Assembly (NCBI GenBank): GCA_964474825.1
Contig: CAYYWQ010000001.1
Span: forward strand, 229,609 to 293,608
Source of the DNA: an uncultured Candidatus Saccharibacteria bacterium
GTDB taxonomy: Bacteria > Patescibacteriota > Doudnabacteria > UBA920
Direction of reading: 5' to 3'
DNA: 64,000 nt
The position numbers and the translations under genes were made by a program. Within the stretch, counting starts at the first letter, position 1. Every line of letters starts with the position of its first letter. The notes below the pieces were generated by a model, which searched no databases, was not told the origin of the DNA, and saw nothing but the letters and a program-made list of their open reading frames with translations. Shown here one piece after another: positions 28,382-37,614 of this stretch.

Positions 28382-29623
28382 CTAGACCGAGTAGGTCCGG
28401 CCGCGGTGCTGTCCGAGAAGGATTTGCACCAGCCGGTGGGCGATCAGTTCGTGGAGCGTGAGCAGTTCACGGTTGGCCGCGGTAACGGCTTCGGCATCGT
28501 GCGGATCGGTAACGCCGGCGCCGCCGGCCTTCAGGGCGTCGGTGGCTTCCTTGATGATCGGGTCAGAGATGACTTCGCCTGCCATCTCCCATAGCGTGAT
28601 GAAGCGGTCCACGGCGCTCGGAAAGCTGACCTTGAAGACGCCGTAGTTGCTGGTGGTGCGTGGCGGTTTGAAATCGAGGTTGAACGGGCCGTTGTAGCCG
28701 TGGCTGCGCAGCAGCACCAGCACGTTCAGCCAGTCGAGCGGATTCACCAGCCCTACCGCGATATCCACATCGTGCTTCAGGCGGTAGCCGTCGTTGATGT
28801 CGAAGTGCCACAGCTTGCCGCACAGGAGTGCGCGAGCCAGCGATGCCCGGGGCGCGGCGCCCCACATCAACTCATGCAGGTACTCGGGGTTGAGCCCTAC
28901 CATCTCCGGATGCGTCAGCAGGCCTGAGGAAATGAAGGCCAGCATCGCGTCGCTGGTCGGAAGCAGGATCTCGGCCTGCGGTTCGAACGGCTTGGCCTCC
29001 ATACAGTGCTTCAGGGTGGGGTTGCCCTTTTCCTTTGCAATCTGGATATCGGCCTCGCAGGCGTGGTTCAGGGCGTCGGCGTACCAGCGAAGGGTCTGTG
29101 TCTCGTCGATCGCGCCCTGGACGTAGTAGCCGAGGGAACCGGGCCAGTAGACGGCGAACTGCGCGCCGAGCTCGTGCCCGATGTGAACCGTATTGGCCAG
29201 CCGGAACTTAGCGTACTCCCTTACATCTGGAGCTTCCGCCGCCGGACTGCCGGCGAACACCGCGTGATAGAACGTGTCCGTGGTGACCATCGAGCACTTG
29301 ACGTCGTGCTTCTTGAGGCATGTCTTGATGTGCTCAATCGCCATCCACTGCCACTCTTTTCCCAGGTGCTCGGTGGGGATAACGTCCGTGTCATGAGTGG
29401 TCCAGTAGCCGATTCCGATTTCGCCGAAATTGCGGATAGCCTCCTCAAATCCCACGGGTCCGCGGGTGGGGGCGTGGAATAGGGCGTCGCCTTCGTAAGC
29501 AGCGGCCCATTGGGGCCCGGAGATAAAGTATTTCCGGCGCGTTTCGGGGGAATAACCACCCCCGCACGCTTCCATGAGCCGATTAATCAGGGATTGCTGT
29601 TCGTTCACAGGGACTGGTTGCAT
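28382..29623 (-). CDS. xylA: xylose isomerase, class I (actinobacterial/Thermus type), in ~62% GC island
   Basis: long collinear similarity to class-I XylA: FHDTDVIP, AIEPKP-like EAKPFEPQ, ILLPT, GLNPE, HFDINDG, exact DFKPPRT; codon GC3 very high against AT-rich flanks. Confidence 0.85.
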   Translation of the reverse strand: MQPVPVNEQQSLINRLMEACGGGYSPETRRKYFISGPQWAAAYEGDALFHAPTRGPVGFEEAIRNFGEIGIGYWTTHDTDVIPTEHLGKEWQWMAIEHIKTCLKKHDVKCSMVTTDTFYHAVFAGSPAAEAPDVREYAKFRLANTVHIGHELGAQFAVYWPGSLGYYVQGAIDETQTLRWYADALNHACEADIQIAKEKGNPTLKHCMEAKPFEPQAEILLPTSDAMLAFISSGLLTHPEMVGLNPEYLHELMWGAAPRASLARALLCGKLWHFDINDGYRLKHDVDIAVGLVNPLDWLNVLVLLRSHGYNGPFNLDFKPPRTTSNYGVFKVSFPSAVDRFITLWEMAGEVISDPIIKEATDALKAGGAGVTDPHDAEAVTAANRELLTLHELIAHRLVQILLGQHRGRTYSV

Positions 29624-29815
29624 TTTCTTTTTCTTTCTCCTAAATGAAAAACCTCCTTTGAGCCTATATATCCGGCCTTCAAAAGAGGTTCGGCCAAGAA
29701 AACAATCTTGGCGGATTTATTAGTTTACAATTAAAAAAGCCTTTTGTCAAAGGCCAAAATTGGTTCAAATTAATAAAACTCATACTTAAATACTTGAGAA
29801 TGTAAGGATGAGTTT

Positions 29816-30580
29816 TTAATCCCTTGCAATGGTAAGGCACCAGACGCTTTTGGCACCGTTGCGCTTTAAGACTTTTGCGGCTTCCAGTAAAGTTGATCCT
29901 GTCGTGGTTACGTCGTCCACTAAAATAAGATTTTGATTATGGACATCAGCATCTTTTTTTAAAGAAAAGGCGTTAGCCACGTTTTTTATGCGTTGGTCTT
30001 TTTTTAAATCTTTTTGGGTTTTAGTAACCTTGTTTCTCGTAAGCGCATCAAGCATACCCAGATTCAATTCTTTGCTAAGTGTGTGGCATAGAATTTCCGC
30101 TTGGTTAAAACCGCGCCAGCGTTTGCGGCGGGGGTGGAGGGGGAGGGGAATTAATATAGGCTTCTGATTATTATCATGGTTGAATAAAAAAGAATAGTCA
30201 GCTTCAATTTTTTTGGCCAAAAGATTCCCCAAGACTTCAAAAGTTCCTGGAAGGAAATGGTACTTTCCCTTAATAACTATTTCCGCCACATTTTCATCGC
30301 GATAATTTAATACGGAAATTAAACCGTCCGCCGTATGCGGGGTTAGGCAACCCGGATGTGTAAAGCCGGAAATAGAAGGCTTTTGGCAAATAATGCAGTG
30401 TTGGTAATCCAGCCTTGCCAAAAGTGCTAAGCAATCGGTGCAAATAAAACTACCCTCCTTTTCGCACACAAGGCAGCGAATAGGAAAAATCGTGTCTAAA
30501 ACAAAAGTTTTAACATCTTTAGAAAAAGGTTTTATAAAAGTTTTATACATTAATTTAATTTTAACATAAAAACCCCGCAA
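29816..30580 (-). CDS. comF: ComF-family protein (competence protein F, PRTase fold)
   Basis: N-terminal Cys4 zinc finger (CLVCE...CTDC / CIICQ), PRTase motif LILVDDVTTTGSTL. Confidence 0.75.
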   Translation of the reverse strand: MRGFYVKIKLMYKTFIKPFSKDVKTFVLDTIFPIRCLVCEKEGSFICTDCLALLARLDYQHCIICQKPSISGFTHPGCLTPHTADGLISVLNYRDENVAEIVIKGKYHFLPGTFEVLGNLLAKKIEADYSFLFNHDNNQKPILIPLPLHPRRKRWRGFNQAEILCHTLSKELNLGMLDALTRNKVTKTQKDLKKDQRIKNVANAFSLKKDADVHNQNLILVDDVTTTGSTLLEAAKVLKRNGAKSVWCLTIARD

Positions 30581-30606
30581 GAGGCGGGGTTTAAATATTT
30601 ATAAGC

Positions 30607-33150
30607 TTAAGCCAGAACGGGGATGGGTTCTTGTTTTTGTATGGTAAAGACCACCTGGTCTTTTTTAACATCTGCGGTAATTTTGGCGCCTTCGCTGGTT
30701 TTGCCGGAAATTATTTTTTCTGCCAACGGGTCCTCCAGTAATTGCTGAATGTTCCTGCGGACAAAACGCGCGCCTTGGGCGGGGTCAAAACTTTTTTCGG
30801 AAATAAACTTTACAACGGCCGGGGAAATTTTAAGGCTGACGTTTTGCTCTAGCAGGCGGTTTTGCAAAAGCGCTATTTGCAATTGGGTAATTTTTTGTAG
30901 TTGGGTAAAGCCCAGGGGTTTGTATACAATAATTTTGTCTATGCGGTTTAAGAATTCTGGCCTGAACTGCTGTTTTAGGTTGTCTGTAACGCCGTCCTTA
31001 ATGCGTAAATAGTCAGCTTCCAGCTTTTCCTGTTTGGTTTGGGATTCGTTTTCACGTTCCGCAAAACCAATTTTAACCGCAGCAGTGGTCAGTTCCTGCA
31101 TGCCCAGGTTAGAAGTCATAATAATTACAGTATTGCGGAAGTTAACTTTTTTGCCTGCCGCGTCTGTAAGTTGACCGTCTTCTAAAATTTGCAGCAAAAT
31201 GTTAAACACGTCCGGGTTGGCTTTTTCTATTTCATCAAAAAGTACAACGCAATATGGCTTGCGGCGCACAGCTTCGGTTAAACGGCCGCCTTCTTCGTAT
31301 CCTACATAGCCGGCGGGAGCGCCAATTAAACGCGCTACATTGTGGCGTTCCATAAACTCGCTCATGTCCACGCGAATTAGCGCGTCCTCGTCTTCAAATA
31401 CTTCCGCGGCTAAGACTTTAGCAGTCTCGGTTTTGCCGACTCCTGTTGGTCCTAAAAATATGAATGATCCCAAAGGTCTGGCCGGGTCTGTAATCCCGGC
31501 GCGGCTCCTGCGTATGGATTTAGCAATTTCTGAAACAGCTTCGTCTTGTCCGACAATCCGACTTTTTAAGATTTTTTCCAAATTAGTTAAGCGCGACATT
31601 TCTGTCTTGGCTAAACGGGCCAAAGGAATTTTGGTCATCATAGAAACAGTGTGGGCAATGTCTTCCGCGCCAATAACATGCTTGGGTGTTTGCTGCTCCA
31701 GTGCCAGACTCCGGGACAGTTCAGTTTTTTGTCTTAGCAGTTTTTCTTCTTGCGCGCGCAAATGAAGGGCAGTTGTAAAATCCTGGGCCAAAACAGCTTT
31801 GGTTTTTTCTTCTTCCAACGCTGCTAAATCGCTCTCTATTTTTTTAGTGGCTCTTAGCAGCTTGCTGTTGCTGCTTATTGTTCTTAAAAACGCAGCGGTT
31901 TCGTCTATCAAGTCTACAGCTTTGTCAGGCAAAAATCGGTCTTGAATGTAACGGTCAGACAAATCTACCGCGGCTTTTACTGCTTCTTCTGTAATAGTAA
32001 CGTTATGATGTTTTTCGTAATTAGGACGCAGACCACGCAAAATCTCCACAGCTTCTTCTTTGCTGGGTTCTTCCACTAAAATTGGCTGAAAACGCCTTTC
32101 CAGTGCCGCGTCTTTTTCAATGTGCTGTTTGTATTCGGTTAAGGTGGTGGCGCCAATGGCCCGCAGTTCGCCGCGCGCCAGTGCCGGTTTTAAAATATTA
32201 GCAGCATCCAAAGAGCCTGTGGTAGCGCCGGCGCCAACCATGGTGTGCAGCTCGTCTATAAATAGAATAATGTTTTTGTTTTCTTTAACCTCGTCAATAA
32301 TCTGTTTTAAACGGTTTTCAAATTCACCGCGGAACATGGAGCCGGCTACAATTAAAGCCAAGTCTAAACTTAATATTTTCTTGTCGAGAAGGGAGTCGGG
32401 GACTTCGCGGTTGGCCATGGCTAAGGCCAAGCCTTCTACAATTGCGGTTTTACCTACACCGGCTTCGCCAATTAAAATTGGATTATTTTTTGTGCGACGG
32501 TTTAGAATAGAAACCAAGCGTTCAATTTCATTTTTGCGTCCGACAACTGGGTCTACCAAGCCGTCTTTAGCCTTTTTGGTTAGGTCGGTAGTAAAGTAGT
32601 CCAGCAAATTCTGTTTTTTGCTGTCTTTTTGTGGGCTGTGGTTGTGCATATCGGGTTGCTGCATTCCGGGTTCTCCGGCTGGAACTTCGGGGAATTTAGA
32701 AATATTTTCAAATACTGCCTGGAGGTTTTGCTCCAGTTCCGCAATATCTACACCTAACTTGTTTAAAATTACTTTGGCTTTGTTGCCCTGGACCGAAAGC
32801 ATGCCGGACAAAAAATGTTCGGTGCCAATAAACTGGTAGCCATATTGGCTGGCCACAATGGCAGATTTTTCTATAACCAGCTTTAAGTTTTCGGAAAGTA
32901 TGGGTTTCCAAACCGGGGAAGTGTTGTTGCTGTTAACTAAAATAAGTTCCTGTTTAATTATTTCGGGAGTTAATTTGGTCTTAGTTAAAATTTCCGCGGC
33001 AAACGAACTCTTTTCGGAAATTACTCCATATAAAAGATGCTCCGTGCCAATGTGGTCGTGTTTTAATTCCTCGGAAACCAGCTGCGCCATAATAAGGGCG
33101 TTTTTGGCTCTGGAGGAAAGTCTCTCTAGAATGTAAGTGAAATTTGTCAT
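30607..33150 (-). CDS. clpC: Clp ATPase ClpC-type (two Clp_N repeats, two AAA+ modules, short UVR-like linker)
   Basis: GEAGVGKTAIVEGLA (AAA1 Walker A), GPTGVGKTETAKVLA (AAA2), two N-terminal Clp_N repeats, 847 aa. Confidence 0.85.
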   Translation of the reverse strand: MTNFTYILERLSSRAKNALIMAQLVSEELKHDHIGTEHLLYGVISEKSSFAAEILTKTKLTPEIIKQELILVNSNNTSPVWKPILSENLKLVIEKSAIVASQYGYQFIGTEHFLSGMLSVQGNKAKVILNKLGVDIAELEQNLQAVFENISKFPEVPAGEPGMQQPDMHNHSPQKDSKKQNLLDYFTTDLTKKAKDGLVDPVVGRKNEIERLVSILNRRTKNNPILIGEAGVGKTAIVEGLALAMANREVPDSLLDKKILSLDLALIVAGSMFRGEFENRLKQIIDEVKENKNIILFIDELHTMVGAGATTGSLDAANILKPALARGELRAIGATTLTEYKQHIEKDAALERRFQPILVEEPSKEEAVEILRGLRPNYEKHHNVTITEEAVKAAVDLSDRYIQDRFLPDKAVDLIDETAAFLRTISSNSKLLRATKKIESDLAALEEEKTKAVLAQDFTTALHLRAQEEKLLRQKTELSRSLALEQQTPKHVIGAEDIAHTVSMMTKIPLARLAKTEMSRLTNLEKILKSRIVGQDEAVSEIAKSIRRSRAGITDPARPLGSFIFLGPTGVGKTETAKVLAAEVFEDEDALIRVDMSEFMERHNVARLIGAPAGYVGYEEGGRLTEAVRRKPYCVVLFDEIEKANPDVFNILLQILEDGQLTDAAGKKVNFRNTVIIMTSNLGMQELTTAAVKIGFAERENESQTKQEKLEADYLRIKDGVTDNLKQQFRPEFLNRIDKIIVYKPLGFTQLQKITQLQIALLQNRLLEQNVSLKISPAVVKFISEKSFDPAQGARFVRRNIQQLLEDPLAEKIISGKTSEGAKITADVKKDQVVFTIQKQEPIPVLA

Positions 33151-33258
33151 ATAGGTTTATACGATGTTTGGTGTCAAAAGGTTACAAAGAGTATAATTAA
33201 ATTATCTCATATATGTTGATTATATCAAAGTTATCACTCATGTCAAGGGAGTGATAAC

Positions 33259-33353
33259 TACAGAAGGCTACGGAAAAATGCACTACAGATGCCTACAGAA
33301 CCTGACATTTTTTCTGTAGGCATCTGTAGTGGGCCTTCTCTATAGTTCTGTAG
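33259..33353. promoter_or_regulatory. symmetric array of six CTACAG half-sites including 20-bp perfect inverted repeat (candidate operator) between clpC and recX
   Basis: cactacagatgcctacagaa (33281-33300) / ttctgtaggcatctgtagtg (33312-33331) perfect IR with 11-nt spacer; outer ctacagaa (33260) / ttctgtag (33346). Confidence 0.5.
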
Positions 33354-33357
33354 TTTT

Positions 33358-33876
33358 ATGTGGAAACCCCAAAGCAAAACCAAAGAACCTGACAATATAG
33401 AAAAAGCATACGAGTATGCCGTGTTTTTGCTGTCCCTGAAGCTACGAACCATTGGGGAAGTTTTAACTAAGATGAAAGGCAGGGGATACGGCGAGGCCGT
33501 TATTTCAGAAATTATTGAGAGATTAAAAAGCCAGCACTATTTGGACGACCAAAGATACGCGGAAATTTATTTGGAAAACTTAAAAATTTATAAAACCTTT
33601 GGCTATTACGGCATTAAGAAAATGTTTATGGAGAAAAAGTTGCCACAGGAGCTTATTGAAAATATTTTAACCGAAGGACTTAGTCTTTCTGAAGAAACAA
33701 AAATTGCCAAAAGATTTTTGCAAAAACAAGGGATTATGCCTAAAGAAAAATCAGATAGTGATGAAATGCAATATCGAACCTTTGATGAAGAAGCCTCAAA
33801 AGCCAAACAAAAACTCGCCCAAAAATTAAAGGCGAGAGGGTTTAGGGGAGACGTAATAAGTAAGTTATTGTTTTAG
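33358..33876 (+). CDS. recX: RecX-family regulatory protein
   Basis: AYEYAVFLLSLKLRTIGEVLTKMKG...LDDQRYAEIYLE three-helix repeat pattern of RecX. Confidence 0.65.
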   Translation: MWKPQSKTKEPDNIEKAYEYAVFLLSLKLRTIGEVLTKMKGRGYGEAVISEIIERLKSQHYLDDQRYAEIYLENLKIYKTFGYYGIKKMFMEKKLPQELIENILTEGLSLSEETKIAKRFLQKQGIMPKEKSDSDEMQYRTFDEEASKAKQKLAQKLKARGFRGDVISKLLF

Positions 33877-33913
33877 AATCTGCGTAATCAATACTTATCC
33901 GCGTATCAGCGGT

Positions 33914-34888
33914 CTATAAATTCATCTCTCGAAGTCTTTTAACCCTGTCCTGTATTGGCGGGTGGGTGTTAAACATTTTGGCAAACCAGCCTTGGCCGCT
34001 TTGCTTTTTTGAGTCAGCATTCATAACACTGTCCTCATGAAAGGGGTTGACTATATACAAATGCGCGGTGGCTTTGTTGGCGGCTTCTAAGGGTTCGCGG
34101 TCGGTGGAAATTTTTTCTAGGGCCCGTGCCAAGCCTTCTGGGTAGCGCGTTAACAGAGCGCCAGAAGCGTCTGCCAAATATTCTCGTTGGCGGGAAACCG
34201 CCAACTTTATTAAAGTTGCAATAATAGGGGAGAGAATAGCTAAAATAATTCCGGCAATGACTAAAATTGCTTGCAGTTGTCCGCCGCCTTCGCTGTTGCT
34301 TTTTTTGCGTCCGCCAAAAAAGCTGGCACGCAAAAACCAGTCGGCCAATAAAGTAATTGTTCCAACCAGGACTACCACTAAAGTCATAACGCGAATATCG
34401 TAATTTCCAATATGCGAAAGTTCGTGGGCAATAACGCCTTCCAGCTCGCTTTTTTCCAGTTTTTGCAATATGCCAGTGGTAACACAAACCACGGCGTGCT
34501 GTGGGTCGCGCCCTGTGGCAAAGGCGTTAGGTGCTGTGTCTTCTATAATATAGATTCTTGGAGTAGGCAGACCGGCGGCAATGCATAAATTTTCCACAAT
34601 TCTATAGAGTTCCTGGTTCGACTGCCTGTCTATTTGTTTTGCCTGGGAAAGCGCCAGCGTTATGGAGTCGGAAAAGTAATAAGAAATTAAAGATGAAAAA
34701 ACAGAAAAACCTACGGCAAAATATAAAATTTCGGGAGTGTTGTAGGCCTGCGAAAAAACAAAACCAAGCAGGGAAATAATGACCAAAAAGCTGAATATTA
34801 AAATCCAGCTTTCGCGTTTATTCTTGTTTATGAGATCGTAGGTTAGCATGGGAATAGTAAGTAGTAAGTAGCTGGTAGTATGTAGCAA
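33914..34888 (-). CDS. htpX: HtpX-like M48 zinc metalloprotease
   Basis: HELSHIGNYD (HExxH), four TM helices, C-terminal NPFHEDS... typical of HtpX. Confidence 0.85.
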   Translation of the reverse strand: MLHTTSYLLLTIPMLTYDLINKNKRESWILIFSFLVIISLLGFVFSQAYNTPEILYFAVGFSVFSSLISYYFSDSITLALSQAKQIDRQSNQELYRIVENLCIAAGLPTPRIYIIEDTAPNAFATGRDPQHAVVCVTTGILQKLEKSELEGVIAHELSHIGNYDIRVMTLVVVLVGTITLLADWFLRASFFGGRKKSNSEGGGQLQAILVIAGIILAILSPIIATLIKLAVSRQREYLADASGALLTRYPEGLARALEKISTDREPLEAANKATAHLYIVNPFHEDSVMNADSKKQSGQGWFAKMFNTHPPIQDRVKRLREMNL

Positions 34889-34931
34889 AACCTTTTGGCT
34901 ACTAACTACTCACTACTAGCTACACGCTAGA

Positions 34932-35477
34932 CTAGAACTGAACTTTGACCGCTTGTCCCTCTACGCCTTTTTCGTCTATATCAAAGAAGTCGCGTTTGGT
35001 AAAACCAAACATTGAGGCGAATAGGTTAGTGGGGAAGACTTGAAGTTTGGTGTTGTAGTCGCGGACATTGCCGTTGTAAAAGCGGCGTGCGGCCTGGATT
35101 TTGTCTTCCGTGTCCGTTAAGTCGCTTTGCATTTGCATAAAGTTTTGGTTGCTCTTTAAATCCGGGTAAGCTTCGGAGACCGCAAACAAACTTTTTAAAG
35201 CACCGGATAGCATGTTTTCGTCTTTCAGTTTTTCCTGCATTGTGCCCGCGCCCATTGCCGCGGTTCTGGCTTTGGTAACATTTTCCAAAACAGAAGATTC
35301 TTGTTTGGCGTAGCCTTTTACGGTTTCCACCAAATTGGGAATGAGGTCGTATCTTCTTTTTAGTTGTACCTCTATGTCCGACCAGGCTTCGTCTACCCGG
35401 TTTTTGGCGCTTACCAGGGAGTTATAGAGGAAGGCCAATATAATTACAATGGCCAGAATTATCCAAATTGCTATCAT
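34932..35477 (-). CDS. lemA: LemA-family protein
   Basis: N-terminal TM + LYNSLVSAKNRVDEAWSDIEVQLKRRYDLIPNLV LemA signature; LemA-HtpX pairing. Confidence 0.8.
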   Translation of the reverse strand: MIAIWIILAIVIILAFLYNSLVSAKNRVDEAWSDIEVQLKRRYDLIPNLVETVKGYAKQESSVLENVTKARTAAMGAGTMQEKLKDENMLSGALKSLFAVSEAYPDLKSNQNFMQMQSDLTDTEDKIQAARRFYNGNVRDYNTKLQVFPTNLFASMFGFTKRDFFDIDEKGVEGQAVKVQF

Positions 35478-35680
35478 TTTATTATTCCTTTTATTTCATC
35501 CCGGCTGCTTTTATGGCCTTTCGGGAATGATTAAGATTGTATATTTATTATAGCACTTTTTAGTCTAAGTGGGTCAATAGTAAAATTGGCTTGACATGAT
35601 TTTAAACATTTGTTAAACTACAAATACCGCTTTAGTTAACTAAAGCGGTCAAAGTAAAGTTATAGTGTTAGGAATTTTTT

Positions 35681-36007
35681 ATGGCAGTAACTTGGGACAA
35701 TAAAAAAACTGAAAATTTGCTGCAGGCAGTTTTGTTGCTTGAAAGCTTGGAAGAAGCCAAGCGTTTTTTTCGCGACCTTTTAACAGAAGCCGAGCTGGAA
35801 GAATTTGGTAACCGCTGGCTGGCCGCGCAAATGCTTACGGCCAAAGAGTCTTACACAATAATTCGGGGCAAAACAGGGCTTTCTACAACTACCATTGCGC
35901 GTATTTCTAAATGGCTGCAAAAAGGACGCGGCGGCTACAAGTTGATTTTAAAAAGATTAGGCCAGCATCATACCAACTCCATTCCTATTGGGAAAGGGTT
36001 GCGTTGA
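35681..36007 (+). CDS. TrpR-like / YerC-YecD family DNA-binding protein
   Basis: LTEAELEEFGNRWLAAQML...ESYTIIRGKTGLSTTTIARISKWL helix-turn-helix pattern of TrpR-related family. Confidence 0.5.
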   Translation: MAVTWDNKKTENLLQAVLLLESLEEAKRFFRDLLTEAELEEFGNRWLAAQMLTAKESYTIIRGKTGLSTTTIARISKWLQKGRGGYKLILKRLGQHHTNSIPIGKGLR

Positions 36008-36149
36008 TAATGTTATGGTCCTTATGCTTTAATGCACTAGTGCAGTAATGCAAAGGGCCGAATAAATTTATCCACTTTGCCCGTTCCCAAGAGGAATGGG
36101 TTTTTTGTTTTTCTTGGGACAAATCCAATTACAACTAGGAGAAGGGAAA

Positions 36150-37217
36150 ATGAAAGTTTTATGGCCCAACTTTAAAAAAGGCAATGGACTCATTGTTGCA
36201 ATAGCGCAAGATGCCCGGACTAAAGAAATTCTTATGCAGGGCTTTGCCAGCGAAGAGGCGTTTCGTCTGGCGTTGGCTACCGGCTTCGCGACTTATTTCA
36301 GCAGATCCCGGAATGAGCTTTGGATGAAAGGAGAAACAACCGGCAATAGGCTTAAGCTTGTTGGTCCGCCACTGATTGATTGCGACGGCGACTCAATCAT
36401 TTATTTGGTGGAGCCTCAAGGGCCTCCTTGCCACACGAACCAGAGAAGCTGTTTCTATCGCAATGTGCTTGAAACGGAAAAGGCTTCGTTCTCATCCCCG
36501 GATGAGACGTTGCCAATATTGGAATGTGAAGTCAGCCTGAAAAGGAGCATAGAAATGAGTAAAAGAAAGTTGCAGATTGGAGTAATGGGTAGCGCGTCAG
36601 ACTTGGAGTATAGCGAAGAAGTCGCGCGTTTAGCCGAAGAAGTGGGCAAAGAAGTCGCGCTGGCCGGATGTGTTCTGGTCTTTGGTGCCGAGAAGGACTA
36701 CGACTCTCTTTCGACTGCCGCGGGACGCGGAGCGAGGAGCGTTGGGGGTCTTACCGCGGGAGTGACTTATGGCAAAGGCATAGACGTTTTTGAACAAGCC
36801 GATGTCATTATTACCTGCGGTGCGGAACGCGGCGGACCAAGGGAATCGGCGCTTGTGCTTTCCTGCGATGCCATAATTTGCATTTCAGGCGGCAGCGGCA
36901 CGCTCACGGAAATGCTGGTGGCCTACCAAGCCAATATCCCAATTGTTGCCCTGGTGGGCACCGGCGGCTGGAGCGATAAAATGGCGGGTTCTTATTTTGA
37001 CAAACGCGAGCGCGTCAAAGTAGAGCCGGCAGCCACTGCGAAGGAAGCGGTGGATATTGCCCGGAGGTTGGTTCATCAAAACCAATGTAAACACGAAAAC
37101 GCAGAACAGGTAGAGTTCCTGCGCCGGAGTCAGGTTGGAATGCATCAATTGAGTGAAGTATGGGAAGTTCGCTGCCCTGATTGCGGCAAGCAATATCAGG
37201 ATGCCTTTATAGGGTAG
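36150..37217 (+). CDS. hisI: phosphoribosyl-AMP cyclohydrolase (HisI) domain fused in frame to LOG/TIGR00725-like Rossmann domain; higher-GC island
   Basis: HisI: LIVAIAQD...FSRSRNELWMKGETTGN...DCDGDSIIYLVEPQGPPCHT..SCF; LOG-like: IGVMGSAS...ISGGSGTLTEM; internal strong RBS aaaggag before MSKRKLQ but no stop between domains. Confidence 0.7.
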   Translation: MKVLWPNFKKGNGLIVAIAQDARTKEILMQGFASEEAFRLALATGFATYFSRSRNELWMKGETTGNRLKLVGPPLIDCDGDSIIYLVEPQGPPCHTNQRSCFYRNVLETEKASFSSPDETLPILECEVSLKRSIEMSKRKLQIGVMGSASDLEYSEEVARLAEEVGKEVALAGCVLVFGAEKDYDSLSTAAGRGARSVGGLTAGVTYGKGIDVFEQADVIITCGAERGGPRESALVLSCDAIICISGGSGTLTEMLVAYQANIPIVALVGTGGWSDKMAGSYFDKRERVKVEPAATAKEAVDIARRLVHQNQCKHENAEQVEFLRRSQVGMHQLSEVWEVRCPDCGKQYQDAFIG

Positions 37218-37224
37218 CGAGAGA

Positions 37225-37503
37225 ATGAGCAAAGCAAGGCTCGTGTGGAAAGGCGGGAAAAACGGCGGGCGCTGGATGCGCCCGCTGGGACCGCCGTTTT
37301 GGGACGGTGGCACATGTAAATTTGCCGGGGAAGTTTTGGGGTATACCAGCTTGCCCGGCACGGCAAAAGTTGAAGGAGGTCGGGTGCTTTTTAAAGGGCA
37401 CCTAGATGTTGGGTTTCAAATATTATGTCCATTTGACGAAGTAGCGGCAGTCTTTAATGAAGACGGCAGGCAAATTTATCACTTGGAGCCGGCGGACGAA
37501 TAG
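37225..37503 (+). CDS. hypothetical small protein within higher-GC island
   Basis: ORF only; Gly-rich; no family recognised. Confidence 0.2.
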   Translation: MSKARLVWKGGKNGGRWMRPLGPPFWDGGTCKFAGEVLGYTSLPGTAKVEGGRVLFKGHLDVGFQILCPFDEVAAVFNEDGRQIYHLEPADE

Positions 37504-37614
37504 TCTGCCGGTTTTTATTTTTGTCGAAATTGTGTTATAATTAATTGGTAAAAATATCGAACAGAAATAAAAATTTCATCTTTCGTTTAAAAGTCTGGCG
37601 AAGGAAATCTTGTT

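Noticed and set aside
28358-29559. Multiple plus- and minus-strand ORFs (28358-28594, 28458-28646, 28700-28927, 28794-29126, 29006-29482, 29221-29559) overlapping xylA
   Set aside because: High-GC sequence suppresses stop codons in all frames. Only the 413-aa frame shows collinear xylose-isomerase similarity.
34035-34487. 150-aa minus-strand ORF inside htpX
   Set aside because: Alternate frame of htpX on the same strand. Arg-rich nonsense typical of frame-shifted reading.
36885-37401. Minus-strand ORFs overlapping the HisI-LOG island
   Set aside because: Shadow ORFs in higher-GC DNA. The plus-strand frame carries clear HisI and LOG motifs.
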